Notes: generated by a model from the letters alone, not told the origin. A DNA stretch of 64,000 nt from Myxococcota bacterium (GCA_039028615.1 JBCCHT010000006.1:64001-128000), one strand, 5' to 3'; shown: positions 17,858 to 27,829, counted from the first letter of the stretch. Numbers and translations: made by a program.

Positions 17858-18970
17858 ATGCTTGTCCCCGTGCTCGTGTTTCCGCTGCTCGCCGTCCTCG
17901 CTGCCGAGCCCGCATCGCCGGCTCCCGTGCCCGTGGCCCCCGACCAAGGGACCACGGAGACGCCGTCGGCCCCTGGCGACCCCTCCACAGTCCCCACGCC
18001 GCCGGTCCTGCCCGAGCCGCCGCCCACCGAGCCCGAGCCGGCCCCCGCTCCTCCGCTGCGCTGGTCCGCGCCCGTCAGCTGTCCGTCGCCCGACGCCGTA
18101 CAACGAGGCATCGAGCAGCGCCTCGGTCGGCGATTGCTCGAGCGCGAGGTCGAGGCCCGGGCCGAGATCACCGAAGACGCGCAGGGCTATCACCTGACGC
18201 TACGAACCACGACCTCGGGCTTCTCCGAGGAGCGCACCTTGAGCGCGAACGACTGCGTGGCCCTGGCCGACGCCACCGCGCTGATGATCGCGCTGGCGAT
18301 CGACCCGGTGGCGGTCGCCAGTGCAATCGAACCCTGGGAGCCGAGCGAGCCCGAGGCCGATCCGCCGACCTCCGCCCCCGCTGTCAACGAACGAGCGCAC
18401 CCCACCGAGCCCGCCGGCACCACGCCTCCCGCCAACGAGCCCTCGCGACGCCTGCAGGGCGGCATGCTCCGGCTCGCCGCCAACCTCGGGCTGGGGGCAC
18501 TGCCCGCCGTCAGCGGTGGTCCGGCTCTCGCCGCCGGCCTACGCTGGCAACGAGCCCGCATCGAGCTCGAAGGTCACTACTTTGTCCCGCGTGGCAGCAC
18601 CCCCGTCGACGGCGCGAGCGTGAACGTCCAGCTCGGCACCGCCACCGTGCGCGGGTGCGGGCAGCTGGCCCACGAGCGCATCGAAGCTCCGCTCTGCGGC
18701 GGCGTGCAGCTCGGCGGCATGCGAGGCGATGGCGACTCGACCCCCGGCGCTCGGACCGGCGTCGGGCTGTGGTTCGCCCTCGAGGCGAGCATCGGCCTGT
18801 CGTGGTGGTTCCGTCCGCAGTGGGCTCTGTCGGGCGGCGTCGCCACGGCCGTGCCCATCGTGCGCCCCGGCTTTCAGCTCGACGACGAGCCCGCCGTCGA
18901 GTTGTTCGAGCCTTCGTCGGTCGCCGGTCGCGTGTGGCTCGGCATCGAAGTCCGCATGCCCTCGCCCTGA
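17858..18970 (+). CDS. Exported protein: WxAPxxCP domain plus probable beta-barrel (paralog of 12407-13486)
   Basis: LRWSAPVSCP, DCVALADATALMIALAIDP, GLGALPAV, C-x9-C pair, ends GIEVRMPSP. Confidence 0.72.
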   Translation: MLVPVLVFPLLAVLAAEPASPAPVPVAPDQGTTETPSAPGDPSTVPTPPVLPEPPPTEPEPAPAPPLRWSAPVSCPSPDAVQRGIEQRLGRRLLEREVEARAEITEDAQGYHLTLRTTTSGFSEERTLSANDCVALADATALMIALAIDPVAVASAIEPWEPSEPEADPPTSAPAVNERAHPTEPAGTTPPANEPSRRLQGGMLRLAANLGLGALPAVSGGPALAAGLRWQRARIELEGHYFVPRGSTPVDGASVNVQLGTATVRGCGQLAHERIEAPLCGGVQLGGMRGDGDSTPGARTGVGLWFALEASIGLSWWFRPQWALSGGVATAVPIVRPGFQLDDEPAVELFEPSSVAGRVWLGIEVRMPSP

Positions 18971-19275
18971 CGGGTGGCCCGTGGCCCCCACGTTGGGGGC
19001 GGTGATTTCCGTCCCGATCGCGAACGGAGGCAACGGTTGTATCCACCCTCCCTGCGCCTCGATGCGATGAAATCGAGGAAATCTCGCGTTGATTTGAAAG
19101 TCCTGGCGGTCGGACGGAACTCCCCCTTCGACGGCCGCTCCCACGGGAAGGCCGACGTGAAGTGAGCACCGTATTGGGGGTGTCACATTCACGACTATGA
19201 ATGGCGGGCCTCGAAGCAGTGCACGGGGATGGATGGGTGCACGGAGGCGGCCGCCGCAATGACGAAGGTCCAACG

Positions 19276-20382
19276 ATGAACGAACGCGGACGAACCAACT
19301 CTCATGTTCTCGCCTTATCCACGGTCATGCTCGGTCTGAGCCTCGGTATGGGAGGCTGCACCGAAGCGCTGGACGACGCCGATCTCGACAAGGACGCCCT
19401 GGTCGTCGAAGACGTGGGCGATGGGACGGTGGAGCTCGAGCTCACCGATGACGGCGCCCGCGGGCACTACTTTCACGCCGACGCCGAGGTCCGCTTCGAG
19501 GCCGCCATCGACGAGGACACGGAAGAGGTCACCCTGGAGCTGCGCGGCATGATGCTGCTGCTCACCATCGATCGCGAGACCGGAGCCTTCGACGTCGACG
19601 GTTTCTCGGCCGACAACGGGCTCGACACTCAGATCCTGCCCGAGGACAAGCAGCTCATCGCCGCCTTCGACCAGGCCCTCGGGGCGCTCGAGCTGGAAGA
19701 AGGCGAGGGCGACCCGGCCGTCGACTTGCTCGTGCGCGCCGCGACGCTCTTCGGCGACTATGCCAGCTCTCTGCCGCTGCAGCGGGCGTTTTATGGCCGC
19801 CTCGATCGCAGCTCCAACCTCTGCGGCTCGGTCAATCGACCCGGCCAGGGCGTCAACACCAAGCGCTGGACCAACGCCACGCACGACTGCAACGACACCG
19901 CGGGCGACTGCAGCAACTGGTGGGGCTGCGACCGTTGGGACGACAACTCGACCGTCGACCACGTGTTCATGAGCATGCACCCCGATGGCAGCTGCGGCAG
20001 CGACACCTACTTCGGCGACTCCAGCACCGGCTTCTCGTGCCAGGGGCCGGATCACCCGGGCGGCAAGGAGTACGCCTACGGCGGCTGCTTCGGGCGCTGC
20101 GGGGCGGGATGCGGCTCGGGCACCCAGTTCACCCGCGCGTGTGTCGACCACGACCTGTGCGTCCGTTTCGGCCACTCCATCACCTCGATTTGGTGCAACG
20201 ACGAGTTCGCCGCGACCGGCTGGGACGTCATCAACGCCAGCCACTGCTCGGGCGCGCACTTCACCGTCGACTACAACTGGGCGGGCACCAGCCGCGAGAA
20301 CTCGTGCCCCACGAGCTGGAAGGACACCAACGACGGCTGTGACCACGGCTGCCAATTCATCGACGGAGACTGCTTCCGATGA
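19276..20382 (+). CDS. Lipoprotein with acidic N-terminal domain and 17-Cys C-terminal region
   Basis: Lipobox MGGC; C-terminal GGCFGRCGAGC, CVDHDLC and CPTSWKDTNDGCDHGCQFIDGDC. Confidence 0.8.
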   Translation: MNERGRTNSHVLALSTVMLGLSLGMGGCTEALDDADLDKDALVVEDVGDGTVELELTDDGARGHYFHADAEVRFEAAIDEDTEEVTLELRGMMLLLTIDRETGAFDVDGFSADNGLDTQILPEDKQLIAAFDQALGALELEEGEGDPAVDLLVRAATLFGDYASSLPLQRAFYGRLDRSSNLCGSVNRPGQGVNTKRWTNATHDCNDTAGDCSNWWGCDRWDDNSTVDHVFMSMHPDGSCGSDTYFGDSSTGFSCQGPDHPGGKEYAYGGCFGRCGAGCGSGTQFTRACVDHDLCVRFGHSITSIWCNDEFAATGWDVINASHCSGAHFTVDYNWAGTSRENSCPTSWKDTNDGCDHGCQFIDGDCFR

Positions 20383-20804
20383 AGCTCCAGCGTCTCGCGT
20401 GGCCTGCCGCCGTCGTCGCGGCCCTGCTCCAGACCGCCGCGTGCAGCGTCGATGACGACCCGGCCACGATGTCGGCCGCCGACACCCAGGCGAGCGAGCA
20501 ACGGGCCGCCGACGCGCTCGTCGTCCGCGTCTTCGATGCCTTCGCCCGCAAGGACTGCGACGCTCTCTCCCGCACCCTGGGGGAGTCCCTCCGCACCCCA
20601 ATGAGCGCCAAGCCGTGCGACGAGTTCCTCGCCCACGAGCCGCTCACCAACGCCGAGCTGAAGGCGGTTCACCGTGTCGAGGTCGATGGCCGTGACCCCA
20701 ACGCGATGTTGGTCACCGCGTCCATCGTCCAGTCCGGGCGCGAGCGCCCCATCGTGATTCGAGTAGGCCGAGAAGCCGACGCCCTGCGCGTCGTTGCCAT
20801 GTGA
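20379..20804 (+). CDS. Small hypothetical lipoprotein (NTF2-like topology possible)
   Basis: ATGA overlap with the upstream stop; lipobox TAAC; helix-helix-beta pattern with two further Cys. Confidence 0.7.
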   Translation: MKLQRLAWPAAVVAALLQTAACSVDDDPATMSAADTQASEQRAADALVVRVFDAFARKDCDALSRTLGESLRTPMSAKPCDEFLAHEPLTNAELKAVHRVEVDGRDPNAMLVTASIVQSGRERPIVIRVGREADALRVVAM

Positions 20805-20811
20805 GGACCTC

Positions 20812-21399
20812 ATGAGCGAAGCCACCATCCAACGTTGTCTCATCGTCGTCTCCGTCGTCGCCGCGCTCGGTCTCAGCGGCGCGGCCCTGTCGATGACCTC
20901 TGCCTCCGACTCGCGCACCGCCTCTTCGGCGAAGACCCCACCGATACGACGCGCCAAACTGGTCACCGCGGGCGGCGAGCGGCACCAGCCCCGTCGGGTG
21001 GCCTCGGCTCGCGACGTGCGAGCCCCCGCACCGACGGTTGCCGATGAAAAACACCGCGAACTCGAAGCCTCGCGAACGAAGGACCAACCGGTCCCGGCCG
21101 CCCTCGACCACGAAGGACCTCGTCCCGAGTCCGAGGTCGAGCTGGAGGCGACGCAGTCCGACGCCGAGCTCGAGCTGCCGGGCGCGGAAAAAGCACACCA
21201 GGCCCGGCGCTTGGCCAGTGCGCTCGAGACCCGAGCCGACAACGTCCGCGAGCGAATCGAGCAGGCCGAGGCCGACGGTGACGCGGAAGAGGCCGCACGT
21301 CAGCAGCGGATCCTCGTCCGGCTCGACACCCGCGCCGCCACCTTGACCCAGCACGCCGAGGCCTTCGACCAGCAGGACGAGGACGGCACCGAGCCGTGA
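20812..21399 (+). CDS. Hypothetical N-terminally anchored protein with C-terminal coiled coil
   Basis: GAGGA RBS before ATG 20812; hydrophobic N-terminal segment; helical A/E/R-rich C-terminus. Confidence 0.65.
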   Translation: MSEATIQRCLIVVSVVAALGLSGAALSMTSASDSRTASSAKTPPIRRAKLVTAGGERHQPRRVASARDVRAPAPTVADEKHRELEASRTKDQPVPAALDHEGPRPESEVELEATQSDAELELPGAEKAHQARRLASALETRADNVRERIEQAEADGDAEEAARQQRILVRLDTRAATLTQHAEAFDQQDEDGTEP

Positions 21400-22493
21400 T
21401 GAGCCTGGCCCTCGTGCTCGCGCTCGGGTCCTCGAGCGAGCTGTCGGTGCCCGAGCACGGGGTCGCGGCCGTGGTGCCCCGCCGCGGCACGGTCGACGAA
21501 GCCTCGTCACAGGTGTTGTGCACGGCGGCGCTGGTCTCCGACCGCGCCCTGCTCACCGCGGGGCACTGTGTCGACGACGAGGCGCGGGGCACCCTGGAGC
21601 TGGCGTTCGGCCCGGACCCCGCCGACCCCGACGAGGTCCGACTCATCCGCGAGATCGTGCTGCACCCCCGGTACTCGACCACCGACAGCGCCTTCGACCT
21701 CGCGGTCCTGTGGCTCGACGAGCCTGTCACCCGGGCTCCGATCCCGCGGCACGAGGGCGCGCCAAACATCGACCTCGTGGGCGATTCGCTGGCGGTCGTC
21801 GGCTTCGGGAGCGGCGAGCAACGAGCGGGCACCGTCGTGCTCAGCGAAGTCGACGAGCACACGCTCACCTACGTCCCGGGGCCCGACATGACCTGCGGGG
21901 GCGACAGCGGGGGCCCGGTGTTGACGACCATCGATGGCGAGATGCGGCTATGGGGGATCACGTCGGCCGGGGATCGGGCCTGCGAAGCCTGGGGAGTGGC
22001 CGCGCAGATCGACGACCAGGTCATCGAGCTGCTCGCGGCCGAGCCCGAGGCCCCGCAGTGGCCGGTCGAGCCCGAGGCGATCTGCGAGCAGGGCTGTGTC
22101 GAAGACGCCGAGTGCCCCGGTGATCTGGTCTGCACCGACGACGGGCTCTGCGTCGTACGAGGGCTGGAGCCGGGGAACCTCGCCGGTCCGTGCACGAGCC
22201 CCGACGACTGCGCGTCCGGGCAATGTGTGACGATGGGCGCGAGCGCGCAGTGTCTCGAGCCATGCGCGGTCGAAGGCGAAGACGAGACCGTCGGCGCTCC
22301 CGCGGGCTGCACGATCGGTCGGGAACGCGGCGGCGGCTTCCCCCTCGCGCTCGTGCTGACGGTGCTCGGCTGGGGACTTTGCCGGCGCTCCTCGGCCGCG
22401 CAGGCGGCCGCGACTCAGCCCTCACGCTCGGTCAGCCAGGCCTCGATCTCGGCATACCGCTCGGGCCGAGCGGAGTCGGACCCGGGCGCATAG
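21396..22493 (+). CDS. S1 (trypsin-fold) serine protease with Cys-rich repeats and MYXO-CTERM-like tail
   Basis: Catalytic triad motifs LLTAGHC, DLAVLWL, TCGGDSGGP; Cys-rich modules; AGCTIG...PLALVLTVLGWGLCRR. Confidence 0.88.
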   Translation: MMSLALVLALGSSSELSVPEHGVAAVVPRRGTVDEASSQVLCTAALVSDRALLTAGHCVDDEARGTLELAFGPDPADPDEVRLIREIVLHPRYSTTDSAFDLAVLWLDEPVTRAPIPRHEGAPNIDLVGDSLAVVGFGSGEQRAGTVVLSEVDEHTLTYVPGPDMTCGGDSGGPVLTTIDGEMRLWGITSAGDRACEAWGVAAQIDDQVIELLAAEPEAPQWPVEPEAICEQGCVEDAECPGDLVCTDDGLCVVRGLEPGNLAGPCTSPDDCASGQCVTMGASAQCLEPCAVEGEDETVGAPAGCTIGRERGGGFPLALVLTVLGWGLCRRSSAAQAAATQPSRSVSQASISAYRSGRAESDPGA

Positions 22494-25306
22494 AACTCCT
22501 TCGCCTGCCGGGCCAGCTCGAGCGCGCGCTCGCGATCGGAACCCGACTCCCACAACCCCTGGGCCTGCCACCAGTGCGCCGCAGTGACGATGGCCGCCTC
22601 GTCGCGCCCCTCCACCATCGCCAACGCTCGCTGAAGCTCCGACAGCCCCCGCTCGTGCGCGCCCGACGAGACGTGGAGCCGACCGAGAAACACCCGCGCA
22701 TTGGCGACCGCGGCGTCCTCGGGGCCCTTGGACGCCGCCAGCGTGTCCACCAGTTCCTGCTGTAGCTCCACGGCTTCCGCCCATCGCCCTCGGCCCTCCA
22801 GGTTCCGCACGACCTGCACCATCGCCCCCGTGACCAACGCGTGACCACGATCGTGGTGGGACCGCCGGATCTCCAGCGCCCGACGGCACCGCGGCGCCCC
22901 GGCCTCCAGGCTCTCCGCCCACTGGTGGGCCCGGCAGATGTTGGACAGGGTCTCCGCGACCGCCAAGTCGTCCGGCCCCATCGCGTCGACCTGGATCGCG
23001 AGCGCCCGCTCGTAGGTCGCGAGCGCCCGCTCGAAGTCCCCCCGCTTGCGGTAGATGATGCCGAGGTTGTTCAGGGTCCGCGCCAGCCGAGGATGATCGG
23101 GGCCCAGGGTTCGCTCGCGGATCTCGAGCGTCCGCTCGTTGAGCGCGATGGCCTCGTCGTTGCGATCCCAGACATAGTTGAGCACCGCGAGGTTGTTGAG
23201 GGTGTCCGCCACGTTGGGATGGTTGGGCCCCAGCACCCGCTCCCGCGTGGCCAGCGAACGCAGGTAGGCCTTCTCCGCCTCGGCATAGTCCTCGTTGTTG
23301 CGATGGACGACCCCCATGTTGTTGAGGATCTGCGCCACGTCGGGGTGGTCTTCACCGAGCAACGAGGTGCGAACTTCGAGCGCCCGCTGGTAGTCGGCCA
23401 GGGCCGCGTCGTAGTCCGTGCCACGGCGATGCACCATGCCGCGCACGTTGAACAAGGTGGCGTGCAAGAACCCGTCTTCGGCGTTCAGGTGGATCAGCAG
23501 CGACTCCGCGATGGCCGACCACCGGAGGCCGCCCTCCACGTCGCGCAGCTCGTAGCCCACGATCGCGCTCAGTCGGATCGCCGCATGGGCGGCCGTCTCC
23601 TCGTCGCCCGCCTGCAGCGCGAGATGAAAGGCGTGCTCCTGATCCTCGGCGGCCTTTCGGTACTCGCCGCGGTTTTCGTGGGCCGCCCCCTGCGATTGCC
23701 GGGCTCGGGCCCGCAGCGGGCCCCACCCGAGGACATCGGCCGCGACCACGGCATCGGTCGCCGCCGCGAAACCCTCGTCGTAGCGGCCCGCGTTCTTCAG
23801 CGCGGTCGCGCGAGCCATGAGGGTCTGCACCTCGTTGGCCGCCTGACGCGAGCGTTCGGCATCGGGCAAGGGCGGGCGTCGTCGCAGCCAGCCGTCGTCC
23901 GAGCACTGGCGGATCGGGGGCAGGCGGGCCACCGACTCGAGCACCCCGTACAGCGCCGGGCCTTCGAGCGTCGCGCTCACCTCCAACACGCCCTGCAACG
24001 AAATGCGGCGTTCGGCCAGGCACTGCTCGGTGAGCGCATGCAGCTCCGCGGAGCGGGTGCCCGCGATCGTGGTCGCCTCGCAGCTGGCCTGCCGCGCCTC
24101 CGACCACTCGGTGGTGTAGCCCTCGATCCACCCCCGCGTCTCGTCCCATGCCTCCTGGACGCCCTCGTCCGCAAAACGCTCTCCCAGGGCCGACTCGTTC
24201 GCAGTGCTCCACGCCGAGCCGATCTCTTCCGCCGCATCGCGACAGGCGTGCTCGGCCCGCGCCTGCTGCAGACGAATCGCCCCGAACGCCGTGGCCCCCA
24301 CTACCGCCACGCCGCCCAGCACCGCCCACCGCCGACGCTTGCGGGTCGGGTCCTGGCCCAGCGCGGTGAGCATGGCGCTCATGTCTTCCCAGCGGTCTTC
24401 GGGCGCGACCGACAGCCCGCGAACGACGACGGCGCGCAGCCATCGGGGCACGGTCGCGTTGGGGCTGGGGGGCCGTAGCTCGCCCTGACACACGCTGTAG
24501 GCCAGCGTCGCCATGTCGTTGCCCGGAAAGGGGCGCTCGCCGTAGAGCGCTTCGTACAGCGCGGCCGCAAACGCGAACTGGTCCGAGCGAGCGTCGGCCA
24601 GGCCTCCCAGGAACTGCTCCGGGGCCATGTACGCGGGCGTGCCCATCACCGCGCCGGCCATCGTCAGCGCGGGGTTGGATCTCGTGTCCGACTCGACCAC
24701 GACCGCGTCGGCACCGGATCCTCCATCGGAGGAGGGGTCGTCGCGCCGCGCGAGCCCGAAGTCCATGACCCGCGGCCGCCCCGAGTCGTCGACCATCACG
24801 TTGTCGGGCTTGAAGTCGCGGTGGACCAAGCCCTGGGCGTGGGCCGCCTCGAGCCCCCGCCCCGCGGCGCGGAACATCTCCAGCGTCTCGCGCCACGGGT
24901 GCGGCTGCTGCATCCACTCCGCCAGCGTGCTCCCGTCCACGAACTCCATGGCCAGGTAGACCCGCCGCTCGTGCTGCCCGACGTCGTGCACCGCCACCAC
25001 GTTCGGGTGCTGGAGCTGCGCCATCGACTGCGCTTCGCGGAGCAAGCGAGCCCGCCCGGTGGACGTCTTTGCGTCGTCGCGAGGCCCTGGTCGCAGCAGC
25101 TTCAGCGCGACCTTGCGATCGAGTTCGGGATCGTAGGCGGCATGCACGACCCCCATGCCTCCCGCCCCGATGCGACCCAGCAAGACATAGCGACCGATAT
25201 GATGACCGGTGAGGTCGGGCGCCTCCGGTCGAGCCCCAGCACCGGGGCTGCTCGGGTCTCCCGTGGCGGTCTCGCCGAGGAGCGTAGGCCCACCATCTGC
25301 GGTCAT
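22415..25306 (-). CDS. Ser/Thr protein kinase with TM helix and TPR repeats
   Basis: GAGGMGVV, VALK, HRDFKPDN, DFG, GTPAYMAPE; TM helix after RKRRR; kinesin-light-chain-like TPRs (LGxDHPxVAxxLNN). Confidence 0.95.
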   Translation of the reverse strand: MTADGGPTLLGETATGDPSSPGAGARPEAPDLTGHHIGRYVLLGRIGAGGMGVVHAAYDPELDRKVALKLLRPGPRDDAKTSTGRARLLREAQSMAQLQHPNVVAVHDVGQHERRVYLAMEFVDGSTLAEWMQQPHPWRETLEMFRAAGRGLEAAHAQGLVHRDFKPDNVMVDDSGRPRVMDFGLARRDDPSSDGGSGADAVVVESDTRSNPALTMAGAVMGTPAYMAPEQFLGGLADARSDQFAFAAALYEALYGERPFPGNDMATLAYSVCQGELRPPSPNATVPRWLRAVVVRGLSVAPEDRWEDMSAMLTALGQDPTRKRRRWAVLGGVAVVGATAFGAIRLQQARAEHACRDAAEEIGSAWSTANESALGERFADEGVQEAWDETRGWIEGYTTEWSEARQASCEATTIAGTRSAELHALTEQCLAERRISLQGVLEVSATLEGPALYGVLESVARLPPIRQCSDDGWLRRRPPLPDAERSRQAANEVQTLMARATALKNAGRYDEGFAAATDAVVAADVLGWGPLRARARQSQGAAHENRGEYRKAAEDQEHAFHLALQAGDEETAAHAAIRLSAIVGYELRDVEGGLRWSAIAESLLIHLNAEDGFLHATLFNVRGMVHRRGTDYDAALADYQRALEVRTSLLGEDHPDVAQILNNMGVVHRNNEDYAEAEKAYLRSLATRERVLGPNHPNVADTLNNLAVLNYVWDRNDEAIALNERTLEIRERTLGPDHPRLARTLNNLGIIYRKRGDFERALATYERALAIQVDAMGPDDLAVAETLSNICRAHQWAESLEAGAPRCRRALEIRRSHHDRGHALVTGAMVQVVRNLEGRGRWAEAVELQQELVDTLAASKGPEDAAVANARVFLGRLHVSSGAHERGLSELQRALAMVEGRDEAAIVTAAHWWQAQGLWESGSDRERALELARQAKEFYAPGSDSARPERYAEIEAWLTEREG

Positions 25307-25745
25307 GCGCGAGCATCTTGCCTCACGCGCCCCGGCCGAGCACGACCTAACCCCGTTTCAGATCCAACGACGGCGGCACCAATGCGGGACCGTCGGGTGC
25401 TCCCTGAAACGAGGCGCGGCGCCGCCATGGGAACGAGCGACCGCTGGTCTCCCCTGCCCTCCGCTCGCCCCCTGCCGTATCCCGGTGAGCACGCGCCTGC
25501 GCCCCTTCGAATCCGGCCTCGTCACTTCGCCCTGGCCGCTCGTGACGAGGTGACGGGCCACCCCGCGGCACGGCGGATCGACCCGCGTCCCGCCTCATTG
25601 TCCTTGGCGGAGTTCCCAAACGATCTCGGGACATTGGCCGTGGGCCTCGGACCTCGCACGCCCGACGCCGCCCGCCCGACGGATGCGTAAGCTCCGCCGA
25701 TTGGGCTTGACCGAGACCACCCTGGGCTGTGTAGAAGCAAAGCAT

Positions 25746-26471
25746 ATGGGCCGCACCTTCGAGAACCGAAAGCACGCCATGGCCAAGCGGTCGGACCGCG
25801 ACGCCAAGGCGTTCAGCCGAGCCGGCAAGCAGATCAACATGGCGGTGAAGGCCGGGGGTGGGGATCCCGATGGCAACCCCGCGTTGCGCCGCGCCGTTCA
25901 GAACGCGCGCTCGGTCAACATGCCGAAGGACAAGATCCAGGCGGCGATCGACAAGGCGCTGGGGGTCGGCGACACGGCCGAGTATCAAGAGGTGGTCTAC
26001 GAGGGCTATGGCCCGCACGGCAGCGCGCTGATGGTGGAGACCGCCACCGACAACCCCACCCGCACCGTGGCCAACGTTCGCTTCGCGTTCAAGAAGGGCA
26101 ACGGCAACCTGGGCAACGCGGGCAGCGTGGCGTTCATGTTCGACAAGCTGGGCGAGTTCCGCCTCGGCCCCGATGGCCTCGACCGCGAAGAGCTCGAGCT
26201 GGAGCTCATCGACCACGGCCTCGAGGACATGACCGATGGCCAGGACGACGACGGCAAGCCGCAGGTCATCCTGCGATGCGCTCGCGAGTCCTTCGGTGAG
26301 CTCCAGGCGGGCCTCGAGGGCAAGGGCCTGGCCGTGGTGTCGTCGGGCTTCGTATGGATCCCGAAGAACACCGTCGAGCTGAGCGACGAGCAGGTCGACG
26401 AGGTCCTCGCGCTCATCGAGCGGCTCGAGGAAGACGACGACGTCCAGCAGGTCTTCCACAACCTCGAGTAG
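25746..26471 (+). CDS. yebC: YebC/PmpR family protein
   Basis: MGRTFENRK, GGGDPDGNPALR, NMPKDKI, YEGYGPHG, TDNPTRTVANVR, GSVAFMF, LEEDDDVQQVFHN. Confidence 0.95.
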   Translation: MGRTFENRKHAMAKRSDRDAKAFSRAGKQINMAVKAGGGDPDGNPALRRAVQNARSVNMPKDKIQAAIDKALGVGDTAEYQEVVYEGYGPHGSALMVETATDNPTRTVANVRFAFKKGNGNLGNAGSVAFMFDKLGEFRLGPDGLDREELELELIDHGLEDMTDGQDDDGKPQVILRCARESFGELQAGLEGKGLAVVSSGFVWIPKNTVELSDEQVDEVLALIERLEEDDDVQQVFHNLE

Positions 26472-26483
26472 CGCGTCGTCGAG

Positions 26484-26834
26484 CTACGCCAGGCGGAGCC
26501 GACGGCTTCGCTGCCACAAGAAGGTCGCGAACACGAACGCGAAGGGGGTGGTCATGGTCAGCACCAGGTACGCCCCCCAGCGCATGCGTAGGCGCAAGGC
26601 CTCGACGAAGAGCCACACGATGGCCGCGGCCGCGATGATGAACAGGTCGGCCGAAGTCCCCGCCAGCGCGTCGGTCTGGAACATCAGGCCGAGCTCGCCG
26701 AACGCGGCCGCCCCGGAGTCACCGACGGCGGGGATGAAGTGCACCAGCGGCCACACCAGGCCGACCACGGCCAGACCGAGGTAGAGCAACTCGAGCGGGG
26801 TGACGAGAGCCTTGCGATCGCCGTGGGTGTCCAT
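26484..26834 (-). CDS. Small membrane protein (DUF2834-like)
   Basis: Three hydrophobic segments: LYLGLAVVGLVWP, SADLFIIAAAAIVW..EALRLRMR, FAFVFATFLW. Confidence 0.65.
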   Translation of the reverse strand: MDTHGDRKALVTPLELLYLGLAVVGLVWPLVHFIPAVGDSGAAAFGELGLMFQTDALAGTSADLFIIAAAAIVWLFVEALRLRMRWGAYLVLTMTTPFAFVFATFLWQRSRRLRLA

Positions 26835-26905
26835 GCATTGGGTGTGCGCCGCCGGCTGGGGCCGCGCCATTCCCTAGGAGGGAAGCATGGTCGTTCCTCG
26901 TCGAT

Positions 26906-27829
26906 TCAGGCCCCTGGGAGCGCACACACGCCCTGGTCTTCGGGCCCCTCGCCGGGCCGAAACCACGGGATGCAATCGAGCGACGGATCGAGGGCATCAC
27001 ACACGGCCTGCCCTTCGGGGGTCGTCGGGTCGCAGTCGGGAGAGCAGCAGCCCGCCGCTTCGCAGCCGGGATAGGCACCGCCCGAGATGCACGACAGCCC
27101 CGGCGGGCAGACGGCAATGTCCTCGCACGAGTCGCCGGGACCGATGCCACCGCCGGGATCGGGCGCGCACACGTGCTCCTCGCCCACGGGGAAGCACCCC
27201 TCCCCTTCGTCGCACTGCGGGTCGAGCGGATCGCAGGACTGAAGGCACAGGTGTAACGCGCCGTCGTTCGTGATGACGCAGGCCGTGCCGTCGTCGCACT
27301 GCGGGTCCTTGGGCGTGCCGGTACACAGCGCCACGCACTCGCCCTCGTTCGTGCGCGGGTCGACGCCCCAGCACATCGAGCCGCCGTCGCAATCGTCGAA
27401 GCCCGCGGTGCCGCCCATGGGGGCCGTGCACGCCTCGCCCACCGACTGCGGATCGCGGTCGATCTCGACGCAGCGCACCGCATTCCACACGGGGCCGCCG
27501 TCGTCGGCATGCGGCACGCACTTTTGCCCCGGGCAGCAGTCCTGCAGCCACGATTCGCACTCGAGCGCGGGCTCTCGATCGTCGCCGCATGCGTCCGCGC
27601 CCGAGCTCGAGTCTCCGGTGGCCGCCGCCGTGGTGTCGGTGCCGAGCGACGGCCCGGAGTCGTCCACCATCGTCGTCATCGGCCGCGGCGTCTCGCCCGA
27701 CGCCGTACCCGAAGCATCGGTCTGTACGCCCGTGCTCGTGTCGTCGCCGGTCGCCCCCGGTGTAGGACCACACGCGACCATCACGAGCAGCAACGACGAC
27801 GAAACTCTCCACGTGAGCACTGCCGGCAT
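26906..27829 (-). CDS. Cys-rich lipoprotein (Nannocystaceae-type repeat family)
   Basis: Lipobox MVAC, T/S/G linker, CESWLQDCCPGQKCVP..WNAVRC, CDPLDPQC, GCCSPDCD. Confidence 0.8.
   Translation of the reverse strand: MPAVLTWRVSSSLLLVMVACGPTPGATGDDTSTGVQTDASGTASGETPRPMTTMVDDSGPSLGTDTTAAATGDSSSGADACGDDREPALECESWLQDCCPGQKCVPHADDGGPVWNAVRCVEIDRDPQSVGEACTAPMGGTAGFDDCDGGSMCWGVDPRTNEGECVALCTGTPKDPQCDDGTACVITNDGALHLCLQSCDPLDPQCDEGEGCFPVGEEHVCAPDPGGGIGPGDSCEDIAVCPPGLSCISGGAYPGCEAAGCCSPDCDPTTPEGQAVCDALDPSLDCIPWFRPGEGPEDQGVCALPGA

Noticed and set aside
21396..22493. S1 protease as the target of the putative Lys-ketoamide lipoprotein
   Set aside because: It lies about 13.5 kb away in a separate operon, and the position equivalent to trypsin Asp189 appears to be Met (DMTCGGDS), so Lys specificity is not supported.
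25307..25745. Possible small gene or sRNA in the 440-bp divergent spacer
   Set aside because: The ORFs lack protein-like composition and I found no convincing structure; treated as promoter space.
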